A stretch of DNA of 32,000 nucleotides, taken from Aliivibrio fischeri ES114. Lineage in GTDB: Bacteria; Pseudomonadota; Gammaproteobacteria; Enterobacterales; Vibrionaceae. Positions 16,957 to 26,144 of the stretch are shown here, piece after piece. Position 1 is the stretch's first letter. The number at the start of each line of letters is the position of its first letter. The notes under the pieces were generated by a model, which was not told the origin of the DNA, searched no databases, and saw only the letters and a list, made by a program, of their open reading frames with translations. Both the position numbers and the translations under genes were made by a program. The stretch is from NCBI RefSeq assembly GCF_000011805.1, contig NC_006841.2; one strand, 5' to 3'.

Positions 16957-18687
16957 TTAAAAATCTTCAGGGCACGAGAATTCAACCGTCTCATTGGTTG
17001 TCGGGTGTTTGAATTTTAAATATCCAGCATGTAAATGCAGCCTATCTGCTTTAAAACCATACAAATCATCCCCCACAATAGGGGTATTCAATCCCGCTTG
17101 ATGAGCGCAATGAACACGCAATTGATGCGTTCGCCCCGTATGTGGGTAAAGGTGTACTTTGGTTCGTTTGCCTTCTTGAGCGATGACTTGGTAATGTGTT
17201 TCTGCTTTACGGCCACTTTTATGGTTGACCATTTGGCGAGGACGATCTTCCATATCACCTGTTAACGGTAAATTAATCGTCCCATTATCGGTTTCAATAT
17301 TACCTTCAAGTAATGCGGTATAACGCTTTTCAACCGTACGTTCGATAAATTGTTTTTGAACCTGTTTATTCGATTCAGCAGTTAATGTAAGAACCAATAA
17401 ACCAGAGGTCGACATATCTAAACGATGAACAATCAATGGTCCTGTTGCGTTAGGGTAACGAGCTTGAATACGAGCATGAACAGAATCTGAAATGTATTTT
17501 CCAGATACGGATAAAAACTCGACGGGCTTATTGACGATAACAAGCACATCGTCTTCATATACGATCTCTAATTCTTTACCATAAGACGGAGTTTGCTCTA
17601 ATGGGCTGCCGTCTGTGCTTATTCCTTCAAGCATGTGCTCTAGAATTTCAAAACATTTACTTTGGCATACCGGATAAAGGTTTTTATGCTGGCGAATTTG
17701 ATCATAAGGAGACGCTCCCCACCAAAATTCCCCTAAGGCTAAAGGCGTATAACCCAATGTAAACGCAGTTTGTAAAAGTTTAGGACAGTTTTGTTCACTG
17801 GAATTGGCAATAGGCTCTTGTTTCAGTTGGTCTGAATCACTGCGCTTAAATAAGTCGAATAGGCTTTTAATTACGCCATTTGAATTAAGAAATTGGGTTG
17901 CTTTTAACGTATCAATATGACGTTGTTGTACCAAATTATCATACGTTAATTCCGCTTGTGAAATGCGATACTCATTTTCTTTGAGTTGAGTAGAGAGCGT
18001 CAAAAGCGTGTTTTGCCAATCTTGCTTTAATTGTTTAAATGCTCTTTTTTCTCGACTGCTTTGGTTTCCAAGCTCAGAGATAAGAGCACTTAAATCATCA
18101 GGAGTCAGAGGGGATAGAGTATTTGACTCTGCCTCTGCACGTTGTTGCTTACGTTGCTTTTTAGAGTCCGCCATAGCCTGTTGAAATTGGGTGATTTCAT
18201 GTTCAGCTTGCTGTTGATTAGCGGACAGTTTTTCTTTTAGCTCAATAAACTCTGGGTCATTTTTTAATTGATGAATATGACTTTTTAGATGTTGTAACTC
18301 TGTTCTTTGTTGAGCACAAAGAGAATCGTGATTCGTTTTATCAAAAATAGCATCAACAAAAAAATCAGGCGTGTGGCTTAATTCAGGTTGTTTATCTGCT
18401 TCTTGAGCGGCAAAAGAAGCAAGATAACCAATCTCGCCATCTTGGTTTTTAACTACCAATACACCAAACATTTTTCCGTTAACGGTAAAGTCGTGTTGCC
18501 ACTCATTTTGAGTATCTAAATAGAGTTGCAGATCATCCATTGCTAATCTTGCTAATGGGTGAGGTGTATAATAATACGGGAACGTAAAATGTTGAGGCAG
18601 AGTAATACCGTCAATATCACCAGATAAACGAATAAATTTGTGGGTTAATGTATTGTTACACATGACATTAAAATTCCGCTTCGACAT
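16957..18687 (-). CDS. RluA family pseudouridine synthase with long N-terminal coiled-coil extension (copy 2)
   Basis: IVHRLDMSTSGLLVL catalytic motif, VEKRYTALLEG, HPHTGRTHQLRVHCA-type ending, about 350 aa N-terminal extension. Confidence 0.9.
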   Translation of the reverse strand: MSKRNFNVMCNNTLTHKFIRLSGDIDGITLPQHFTFPYYYTPHPLARLAMDDLQLYLDTQNEWQHDFTVNGKMFGVLVVKNQDGEIGYLASFAAQEADKQPELSHTPDFFVDAIFDKTNHDSLCAQQRTELQHLKSHIHQLKNDPEFIELKEKLSANQQQAEHEITQFQQAMADSKKQRKQQRAEAESNTLSPLTPDDLSALISELGNQSSREKRAFKQLKQDWQNTLLTLSTQLKENEYRISQAELTYDNLVQQRHIDTLKATQFLNSNGVIKSLFDLFKRSDSDQLKQEPIANSSEQNCPKLLQTAFTLGYTPLALGEFWWGASPYDQIRQHKNLYPVCQSKCFEILEHMLEGISTDGSPLEQTPSYGKELEIVYEDDVLVIVNKPVEFLSVSGKYISDSVHARIQARYPNATGPLIVHRLDMSTSGLLVLTLTAESNKQVQKQFIERTVEKRYTALLEGNIETDNGTINLPLTGDMEDRPRQMVNHKSGRKAETHYQVIAQEGKRTKVHLYPHTGRTHQLRVHCAHQAGLNTPIVGDDLYGFKADRLHLHAGYLKFKHPTTNETVEFSCPEDF

Positions 18688-20368
18688 TAAATTCCATCGG
18701 TTCTTTAGTGATAGGATGAATTAACGACAAATAACCTGCATGCAAATGTAAGCGATTTGCTTTTTTTCCATATAAACCATCACCGGTGATTGGCATATTT
18801 AAACCAAGATAATGAGCACAATGCACTCTAAGTTGATGCGTTCGACCTGTTTTAGGGTAAAGATAGACTTTGGTTTTATTCTCCTTACGCTCAATCACTT
18901 GGTAGGTGGTTTCCGCTGGTTTCCCATGCTCAAAACACACTAATTGGCGAGGGCGATCATATAAATCACCACGCATAGGCAAAGTAATTAGTCCTTCATC
19001 TTGTTCTAAAACGCCATCAAGTAGAGCTGTGTAGCGCTTTTCTACCGTTCGATTAATAAATTGTTGTTGTAAGCGTTTGTGTGCTTTTGGCGTAAGGCCT
19101 AAAACCAGTAATCCTGATGTTGCCATATCCAAGCGATGAATTATTAACCCGCCAGTTGCATCGGGGTAACGTTGTTGTATGCGTGCATAAACCGAATCGT
19201 GAATGTTTTTACCTGGAACAGATAAGAAGTCAGCTGGTTTATTGACCACAACCATAAATTCATCTTCATAGACGATTTCAAGATCTTTCCCTTCTGCTGG
19301 GTTGATAAGCAGTGGGTTCTCATCCATTTCTATTCCATCTAGCATATGACCTAAAATTGGCTGGCATTTACTCTGACATGACGCATAGAATTTTTTATGT
19401 TGGCGGATTTCAGATTTTGGGGCAATACCCCACCAAAACTCCGCCAGTGCAAGTGGTGTGAAACCATGTGCAAAGGCATATTGAAGTAATTTAGGTGCAG
19501 CGCATTCGCCGGAACCGGCTGGTGGGATCTGGTTTGGTGTATCTTTGAAAATATCGTTAAGATCTTTCTCAATACCATGTGTATTTAAAAACTTGTATTG
19601 CTGAAATAATTTCTTTTGTAATCCGTTAGATAGATTTTTTCGCTTGGTTTTTAATTCATTAAGTGCGTCTTCTAACTCATTAAGTTGGCATTGAAGGGCG
19701 TTTATTTTTTCGTCCCAAATGAGTTTAATATCACGTAAAGTATTTTTTTCTTTAACGCTTTCTTTGCCAAGTACAACTTTGAGTTGTTCTAATTCCTCTG
19801 CACTTTTTTCAGTACCATCTTGAGCTGTGATTTCAGCCGCTGCTCGTTGTGCTTTACGAGATTTTCGCCCTTCAATCATTACTTGGCGTTGAATTTCTAT
19901 CTGTTGTAGTGAGGCAGTGGTTTCGGATTGGATAGAGGTCGCTAAGTGAGATAATTGTGGATTAGCTTCGAGCTGTTTAATTGTTGCATTGATCTCTGTG
20001 ATTTCTGCAAGTTCTGTTTTGAAAAAACCGTCTTCTTCCAGCATATCAAATACAGGTGGTACAAAATAAGGGAGATGATTACTGTCAGCAATTTTGCCTG
20101 AGAAAGCGGATAAATAGCCAATTTCCCCCGTTGGTGCTTTCACTAATAATACACCAAACATTTTACCAATCGCATTGCTTTTATCACCAGATAGGCCGAA
20201 ATTATGATGCCATTCTTGTTGCGCTTCTAAGTGACGTTGTAACTCTTCTGCTGCAAGTTCACATAAAGGATGTGGTTCATAACAAAAAGGGAAAGTGAAT
20301 TTTTCAGGAAGTGTATAACCGTCGATAGGCTGAGTAAATGAAGTAAAACAAGGGTTGGAGATAGGCAT
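18668..20368 (-). CDS. RluA family pseudouridine synthase with long N-terminal coiled-coil extension (copy 1)
   Basis: IIHRLDMATSGLLVL, VEKRYTALLDG, YPKTGRTHQLRVHCAHYLGLNMPI. Paralogous to the adjacent gene over its full length. Confidence 0.9.
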   Translation of the reverse strand: MPISNPCFTSFTQPIDGYTLPEKFTFPFCYEPHPLCELAAEELQRHLEAQQEWHHNFGLSGDKSNAIGKMFGVLLVKAPTGEIGYLSAFSGKIADSNHLPYFVPPVFDMLEEDGFFKTELAEITEINATIKQLEANPQLSHLATSIQSETTASLQQIEIQRQVMIEGRKSRKAQRAAAEITAQDGTEKSAEELEQLKVVLGKESVKEKNTLRDIKLIWDEKINALQCQLNELEDALNELKTKRKNLSNGLQKKLFQQYKFLNTHGIEKDLNDIFKDTPNQIPPAGSGECAAPKLLQYAFAHGFTPLALAEFWWGIAPKSEIRQHKKFYASCQSKCQPILGHMLDGIEMDENPLLINPAEGKDLEIVYEDEFMVVVNKPADFLSVPGKNIHDSVYARIQQRYPDATGGLIIHRLDMATSGLLVLGLTPKAHKRLQQQFINRTVEKRYTALLDGVLEQDEGLITLPMRGDLYDRPRQLVCFEHGKPAETTYQVIERKENKTKVYLYPKTGRTHQLRVHCAHYLGLNMPITGDGLYGKKANRLHLHAGYLSLIHPITKEPMEFNVEAEF

Positions 20369-20448
20369 AATAGATTTATATTTGAAAGCAAATGAATAGG
20401 GGTAAAGAAGAGTGCGTGGTTCGATATTATATCAAACCACAGCAATAC

Positions 20449-20488
20449 CAATGACCATTAATGGATGAATAGCGATTGATGGTCATTG
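20449..20488. other. Long stem-loop between the pseudouridine synthase and RRM genes
   Basis: Arms CAATGACCATTAAT / ATTGATGGTCATTG (14 bp with one G-T wobble), 12-nt loop, no T-run. Confidence 0.6.
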
Positions 20489-20502
20489 ACAAAAGCAAAT
20501 GA

Positions 20503-20739
20503 TTATTCAGCTGCTTTTACGCGGATTTTAAGTTTACCAAACTTTTTGCCATCTTCAGCGGCGATTGCTGCTAATGCTTCTTCTTCGTCAAGCATTTCAA
20601 CAAAACCAAATCCTTTTGATTCACCTGTAATTTCGTCTAATACTATTTTGCAGTATTTAAATTCTCCGTGTTTTTTAAACATTTCACGTAGTTCAAATTC
20701 AGACATAGTACGAGGAAGATTGCGAACAAGTAATTTCAT
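20503..20739 (-). CDS. Small RRM-domain RNA-binding protein
   Basis: 78 aa, RNP2 KLLVRNLP and RNP1 KGFGFVEM. Confidence 0.93.
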   Translation of the reverse strand: MKLLVRNLPRTMSEFELREMFKKHGEFKYCKIVLDEITGESKGFGFVEMLDEEEALAAIAAEDGKKFGKLKIRVKAAE

Positions 20740-20884
20740 GATTAACCATATAATAGTGATTTAAGAGTACGTTATAGCAGAAATTCGGTTCTGGGTATAT
20801 GCAAAATAGAAAATCCGAAATAGCGATTAAGCCATTTCGGATTTGGTTTTAGCCCTCCACCCAGAGTGCTAAAATTCATAAAAC

Positions 20885-21808
20885 TTAGAAATCGTAGCGT
20901 AGACCAAATTGAATTTGATCATCTAAATCATCAATTTGTTCAAATTTGTATCCTGCATATGTGCGGAAACTTTTGTTTAGCTTGTAGATAGCTTCAATAG
21001 CAACGTTGATTTCAGTGTCTTTGCTATCAACTTCTTGGTAGTTATAAACGCCTTGAAACACCCATTTATCCATTTTATAAGCGGCGGCGAGTTCGTAACC
21101 GGCAGCATCGATCTTGTCGATTTCACCTGTTGTGAATAAACCTGAAACCATGAACGCATCAAGTGTGTAGCGAAGGGCAAGGTTAATTTGGTCGGCATCT
21201 AGCCCAGCTTGTTCACCAGAGGCATAACCTAAACCCAAATCTAAGCCAATTGGTAGGGCATACATGCCAGATAGGCCAAAGCTATCACTTTTCTTAGTAT
21301 TACTTGCAATGTAGTTTGCTTGCACGGTTAGAGCATCGAATTCACCAGAGTATACAAAGTTATTCTCACGTTTATCTTTGTTACCATCCGTTAAGTCTGC
21401 AGCATCACCACCAAAAGTGGCTAAAATATCAGTATAATCAGTAAGCATTACTTGTGCAGAATCTTGTTGTCCGTATGAGAAATTGCCAAAGGCAGTACTT
21501 AGACCAGCAAATAGATAACGGGTATTCACTAGATTGTTTTTTCCATCAGCAATTTCGACTTCATAAGTACCAAACGCACCTAAATCTTCATTAATTTTGG
21601 TTTTACCTTTTAAATTAATGCGTGCACGGCTCTTATCTTGAAATGAGCTCTCGGTTGCTGATTCATTATTATCAGAAATATTTGCACGTGCTTCGGCTCT
21701 GCCACCAACTTTTAATTGAGTGTCATCTTGATCGTAAACCGTAGCTGCTAAAAGAGGAGTTGATACAAAAGATGAAACGATAGCCGTTGATAGTAGTAAT
21801 TTTTTCAT
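20885..21808 (-). CDS. Gram-negative general porin (OmpU/OmpC-like)
   Basis: Signal peptide MKKLLLSTAIVSSFVSTPLLAA, porin strands TQLKVGGRAEARA, FGTYEVEIADGKN, TRYLFAGLSTAFGNFSYGQQD, C-terminal QFGLRYDF. Start corrected from the track's 21835. Confidence 0.92.
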   Translation of the reverse strand: MKKLLLSTAIVSSFVSTPLLAATVYDQDDTQLKVGGRAEARANISDNNESATESSFQDKSRARINLKGKTKINEDLGAFGTYEVEIADGKNNLVNTRYLFAGLSTAFGNFSYGQQDSAQVMLTDYTDILATFGGDAADLTDGNKDKRENNFVYSGEFDALTVQANYIASNTKKSDSFGLSGMYALPIGLDLGLGYASGEQAGLDADQINLALRYTLDAFMVSGLFTTGEIDKIDAAGYELAAAYKMDKWVFQGVYNYQEVDSKDTEINVAIEAIYKLNKSFRTYAGYKFEQIDDLDDQIQFGLRYDF

Positions 21809-21831
21809 TAGATTCCATACCCTTAAATTAA

Positions 21832-21850
21832 CCAAAACACCCCGTTTTGG
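21832..21850 (-). promoter_or_regulatory. Hairpin just upstream of the porin start codon (probable 5' UTR)
   Basis: CCAAAAC acccc GTTTTGG, 7-bp stem 24-42 nt upstream of the ATG. Confidence 0.4.
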
Positions 21851-21927
21851 CCTAGTTATTTGCTTGGGATCTAAGATAGAAAATTCATATTAAAGATTGA
21901 TGTAAGTTTTATTTAACATTTATAAAA

Positions 21928-21969
21928 CTAATGTGTCATCTGTGTGACAACGTTGAGATGACACATTAG
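21928..21969 (-). terminator. Probable terminator for the FhuF-like gene
   Basis: Perfect 14-bp inverted repeat CTAATGTGTCATCT / AGATGACACATTAG. On the minus strand it is followed by TTTTAT. Confidence 0.6.
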
Positions 21970-21981
21970 TAGGAGAAAGGA

Positions 21982-22857
21982 TTATGAAGGGATACGTTTA
22001 CTGTTTTTCTTGATTCGTTCTTCATCAGATAACAGGTGACAGGTTGCGCATTTTTTCTTGCCGTCGATTTTATATTTTAAACAACAAGTTTCACGCTGAA
22101 CGTACAAAATGGCTCGTTCTTTTTTCTCTGCTACATGAATATGCGCAAGATCTTTCCCTATATCAGGCATGATATTAGATAACCATTGCTGTGCATTGGG
22201 GAGTATTTGTTTTGCAAGATCCGCAGAAAGTCCTTTTTCGGTTAAGCGCATAAAGAAGACACTGACAGCCAGTGAAATGCTTCCCCAAAATGGACGGTGT
22301 TTTAATCGTTCTTTTTCAAATAATACACTTAAACCACCTCCAATTTGCTGAATTAGGTGAGTAAAAGCGTCATCCAGTTGTTCGTGACTTGCTACTACCG
22401 TTGATTGTGAACTTGATGCTAACGGATCACTCTCTAAGCAAACAAAATGACAATTATTATTGATTTGTAAGGACTTTATTTTTTCTCCGTTAGGAGTCGA
22501 AATGAAAATATCATTAAATTGAATAACAGGAACTCGGTTAAACTTTAAACGAAGCGCCACCAAACTGGTGAAGAATTGGTTGTTAAACGATTTTAGCCAC
22601 ATAGAGGCTGCAACATTATGATTAACTTCTGTTTTCTTTGAAAATAACTCAATAGCCTGAGTTAAGTTAGCGGATAACCAAGTATTAAGAGGCTGGTGCT
22701 TATCATCCAGTTTGTCTTGGTTTGTGGCTTTAAGTTTAAAATTATCGTCAGCATCATGCAGCCACGCCAATTGGTCTTTTAAAGAATGGCATGATTCTGA
22801 TGATTTTTTGTTGCGCCAAAGTGGCTGTAGTTGAGCTGAAATATGCATAGTTGTCAT
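21982..22857 (-). CDS. FhuF-like siderophore ferric-iron reductase (2Fe-2S)
   Basis: C-terminal ETCCLKYKIDGKKKCATCHLL (CC...CxxC) as in the FhuF family. Confidence 0.8.
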   Translation of the reverse strand: MTTMHISAQLQPLWRNKKSSESCHSLKDQLAWLHDADDNFKLKATNQDKLDDKHQPLNTWLSANLTQAIELFSKKTEVNHNVAASMWLKSFNNQFFTSLVALRLKFNRVPVIQFNDIFISTPNGEKIKSLQINNNCHFVCLESDPLASSSQSTVVASHEQLDDAFTHLIQQIGGGLSVLFEKERLKHRPFWGSISLAVSVFFMRLTEKGLSADLAKQILPNAQQWLSNIMPDIGKDLAHIHVAEKKERAILYVQRETCCLKYKIDGKKKCATCHLLSDEERIKKNSKRIPS

Positions 22858-23022
22858 TGGTTATAATACTTATTAACTTTAGTAATTCATGTTTATTTCA
22901 AGAATAAACTTAAAGGTACACTACACTCATATTTGAATTAGGTGAAGATAACTCTTCCAAAAATATCACATTTTTTATCGACTCTAAGTAATTGTAGTTG
23001 GTGTTTATAAAAACCACCATAT

Positions 23023-23955
23023 TCAACTTAGACTTAAAATAATAGCTTTTATATCATCTTCAAGTTGTCGGCTTATCATTGTTTGTTCCGATGAGTTAGC
23101 GGTATATAAGGCAATTTGATTTTTTGGGATAGAAGCTTCGATTGATGGAGAGAATTCAGCCAAAGTTAACGAACTTGGTAGGGAGGGGCGAATTAAACTG
23201 TGAATAGGCATAACACTTTCAGTTTTTTCCAAAGTAGATAGGCAAACCGACATAATGTCACTTTTCAGTGCAACCTTAGGAGTTAAATTGGCTTCTTTGA
23301 GTAAACGTTCTACGTGATTTTGTTGTTTAACATAGTCAGGCATGAGATTCATTACTAACGGGTATTTAGCAATATTTTCCATTGTTATCTCTTGGTTAAG
23401 AAGCGGATGTGCGGTAGATAAACATAAATTAAATTTAACGTCAGCTATGGGTTGTTGGACAATATGTTTCGTTAATGTGAGCGGATAATAGTTGATTCCT
23501 AAGTGGATCATCTGCTTTTTAATATGTAACTCGGTGTTCCAGCTCCAGTTGACTAATTCTAATGAGGCATTAGGAAGTTTTTCTTGAACATAGTTTTGAA
23601 TAAGCTCGGCGAAAGGAAAAGTTAACGAAGGATTAATGGCAATAGATACCGTACCTGAATATGAAGCATAGTCATTATTCGAGTGAGTGTCATAGAGTGA
23701 TGTTAACTCTTCCAGTAATCGAGGCAGTTTTAATTGGACTTCTTCGCAGAAAGGCGTTGCTTCTAATCCTTTATTTGAACTAATGAATAACTCGTTATCA
23801 AATTGTTCTCTTAGTTTTTTTAAGCCTTTACTGATTGCTGATTGAGTCACAAACAGGCGCTCTGCTGCTTTTCTCGTATTTTTCTCTTTCCCTAAAACTT
23901 GTAATAGAAGTAAGAGGTTTAAATCGACATTCATTAATCGTTTGTTATCAATCAT
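23023..23955 (-). CDS. LysR family transcriptional regulator
   Basis: N-terminal HTH VDLNLLLLLQVLGKEKNTRKAAERLFVTQSAISKGLKKLREQFDNELFI. Confidence 0.93.
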   Translation of the reverse strand: MIDNKRLMNVDLNLLLLLQVLGKEKNTRKAAERLFVTQSAISKGLKKLREQFDNELFISSNKGLEATPFCEEVQLKLPRLLEELTSLYDTHSNNDYASYSGTVSIAINPSLTFPFAELIQNYVQEKLPNASLELVNWSWNTELHIKKQMIHLGINYYPLTLTKHIVQQPIADVKFNLCLSTAHPLLNQEITMENIAKYPLVMNLMPDYVKQQNHVERLLKEANLTPKVALKSDIMSVCLSTLEKTESVMPIHSLIRPSLPSSLTLAEFSPSIEASIPKNQIALYTANSSEQTMISRQLEDDIKAIILSLS

Positions 23956-24063
23956 AATTCTGAATAAGTCTAAAATGGAATTGATTTGAGTCTAATAATT
24001 CCCTGTGGGAACTGCAATGTATTTTTTATAATCAATACCTGTTTAACATTAGGTAGGTAAATT

Positions 24064-25059
24064 ATGAAAAAACTGAGTTTATTACTTCTGGCTTCCACCG
24101 TATCAAGTTCACTATTTGCATCAACCTTGCTCCCTGTTACGGAAAGTAATTATGAAAAAGCTGAGTCTGATTTATCGTTCAGTAATATCACTAAGTTAGT
24201 TGGGTCAAATGCTTGGTTTCATTTTCCGAAGCTAACGCCATTAGATAATCAAACAGTGGTACGAATGAACAGAGATACGATTTATTCAGGTTATGTTGCT
24301 GATGTTTCTAAAGGAGGAACCGTCACTATTCCAGATACTAATGGTCGTTATTTATCAGTGATGATTGTGCAAAATGATCACTATATCGATCAGGTATTTA
24401 CTAAGCCGGGGACTTACGAAATTAAATCTGATACTGATTTTGCGATGATAGTAGCAAGAACGCAGATAGATCCAAATGATCCGAGTGATATAAATAACGT
24501 TAAACGAATTCAAAACCAGATTACAGTAAAAACAAATTCACACAATCAACATAAATTGCCAAATTATGATTTAAAACAATTGGTTTCGTTACGTCATAAG
24601 TTGGTTGATGAAGGTAAAAAATTCGGTAGTTTGAATGGAATGCAAGGGGCAAGAGGTACTGTAGATAAGAGAATGCATTTATATGGAACAGCTCTTGGGT
24701 GGGGGCTACTTCCTGATAAAAATGCACAATATTTATCTTATTACAGTCAAGGACAAGCAGCGGATGCTACCAAGTGTATTACTGCTACTTACAAGCAACC
24801 GCCAGTGACTGGAAACGGTTTTTATTCAATCACTATTTATAATAAAGAGGGTTGGATAGCCAATGAGCGTTCTGTTTTAAATAAAAATAATCTTAAGTTC
24901 AACCAAGATGGTTCTTTTACTGTTAATTATGGAAATTGTCCTGAAAATGCCATTAATCACGTACCAGTAACAGATAATTGGGACATGTTAATGCGTGTGT
25001 ACGAGCCGGATATGAACGCATTAAAACAATATAAATTACCAAAAGTGACGGTTAAGTAG
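24064..25059 (+). CDS. Secreted DUF1254/DUF1214-type protein (copy 1)
   Basis: Signal peptide, VRMNRDTIYSGYVADVSKG, and C-terminal GNGFYSITIYNKEGWIANE...NWDMLMRVYEP typical of DUF1254/DUF1214. Confidence 0.8.
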   Translation: MKKLSLLLLASTVSSSLFASTLLPVTESNYEKAESDLSFSNITKLVGSNAWFHFPKLTPLDNQTVVRMNRDTIYSGYVADVSKGGTVTIPDTNGRYLSVMIVQNDHYIDQVFTKPGTYEIKSDTDFAMIVARTQIDPNDPSDINNVKRIQNQITVKTNSHNQHKLPNYDLKQLVSLRHKLVDEGKKFGSLNGMQGARGTVDKRMHLYGTALGWGLLPDKNAQYLSYYSQGQAADATKCITATYKQPPVTGNGFYSITIYNKEGWIANERSVLNKNNLKFNQDGSFTVNYGNCPENAINHVPVTDNWDMLMRVYEPDMNALKQYKLPKVTVK

Positions 25060-25068
25060 AGGGTGGAT

Positions 25069-26073
25069 ATGAAATATTCTTATTTGACGTTATCAATAAT
25101 GATTTGTACTCCAGTCTTTGCAAGTACCATTGTTACGAATGATAATTTTATAGAAGCAGAAACAAACACTTATTTTTCTGAGCTGATGACTAAAGTACCA
25201 GTCAATACTTGGCGACATGCTCGTAATATATCAAGTAAAGATTTTCAATTTGTGATTCGTGAGAACCAAGATATCTTGTATTCTCATGCTGTAGTTGATG
25301 TATCAAAAGGTGCGACGCTTTTTGTCCCTCAATCTGGTCAATATCAGATAATCCAAGTGATTGATGAAAAACATTATACGGTTGCTGTTATTTATCCCGG
25401 GGAATCATTAATTATTACTCCAAATATGTTATCTAAAGGTACTCACGTTTTTTTAAATGCTAGAACAGGGATCATGACACCTGATAGTGCTGGGGTGAAA
25501 AGAGCCAACTTGTTACAAGATCAGCTAAAGATTGAAGCAAATTCTAATCGGCCTTATGTGGATAAAGACTTTGATAAAATATCTCAAGATAAATTACGTA
25601 GCGATCTCGAAAAACACGTACCAGAAGTAAAAGCATGGCTAGGGTTTGGAAATGTCACTAATAAGATGCTTGATTCTAAGCAACGCTTATATGTAGCTGC
25701 GGCTGGATGGGGAGGGTTACCTGCAAAAGATGCCTTTTATTTTCCTTTGAAGGGAACAGAAAATCAAGAATGTCGATCACTTACTTTTGATGCTCCACCA
25801 CTTAATTATGAAAAAGGTGGTTTCTGGTCGATTACTACTTATGATGATAAAGGTTGGATAGCAAAAGATAATTTTGCACTCAATAATTTCCAAGCCAAAG
25901 CGAACAACGATGGAAGTTATACGCTACATTTTAATTGCGGTGCGAAAGCCTTAAATAACATTGATACGATTGATGGAAATTGGCAACCTATGTTTAGAGC
26001 ATATTTACCACGTTCATTTGATGAAATATTGAAATATTCACAAGATTTTACGACTAATGTAACCTTCAAATAA
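25069..26073 (+). CDS. Secreted DUF1254/DUF1214-type protein (copy 2)
   Basis: Full-length paralog of the preceding gene (VIRENQDILYSHAVVDVSKG, GGFWSITTYDDKGWIAK). ATG 25069 has GAGG at good spacing; track start is 25063. Confidence 0.8.
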   Translation: MKYSYLTLSIMICTPVFASTIVTNDNFIEAETNTYFSELMTKVPVNTWRHARNISSKDFQFVIRENQDILYSHAVVDVSKGATLFVPQSGQYQIIQVIDEKHYTVAVIYPGESLIITPNMLSKGTHVFLNARTGIMTPDSAGVKRANLLQDQLKIEANSNRPYVDKDFDKISQDKLRSDLEKHVPEVKAWLGFGNVTNKMLDSKQRLYVAAAGWGGLPAKDAFYFPLKGTENQECRSLTFDAPPLNYEKGGFWSITTYDDKGWIAKDNFALNNFQAKANNDGSYTLHFNCGAKALNNIDTIDGNWQPMFRAYLPRSFDEILKYSQDFTTNVTFK

Positions 26074-26088
26074 ATGAAGTAAATACAA

Positions 26089-26116
26089 AAAGGTCTGCGT
26101 TAAAATGCAGACCTTT
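26089..26116. terminator. Terminator between the DUF1254-type copy 2 gene and anmK
   Basis: 10-bp stem AAAGGTCTGC / GCAGACCTTT. Confidence 0.8.
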
Positions 26117-26144
26117 CTAATAAAGATTTTAATTATTCTTTAAA

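Noticed and set aside
20056-20451. Small ORFs overlapping the start of the copy-1 pseudouridine synthase
   Set aside because: Antisense or shadow ORFs; low complexity and no recognisable domain.
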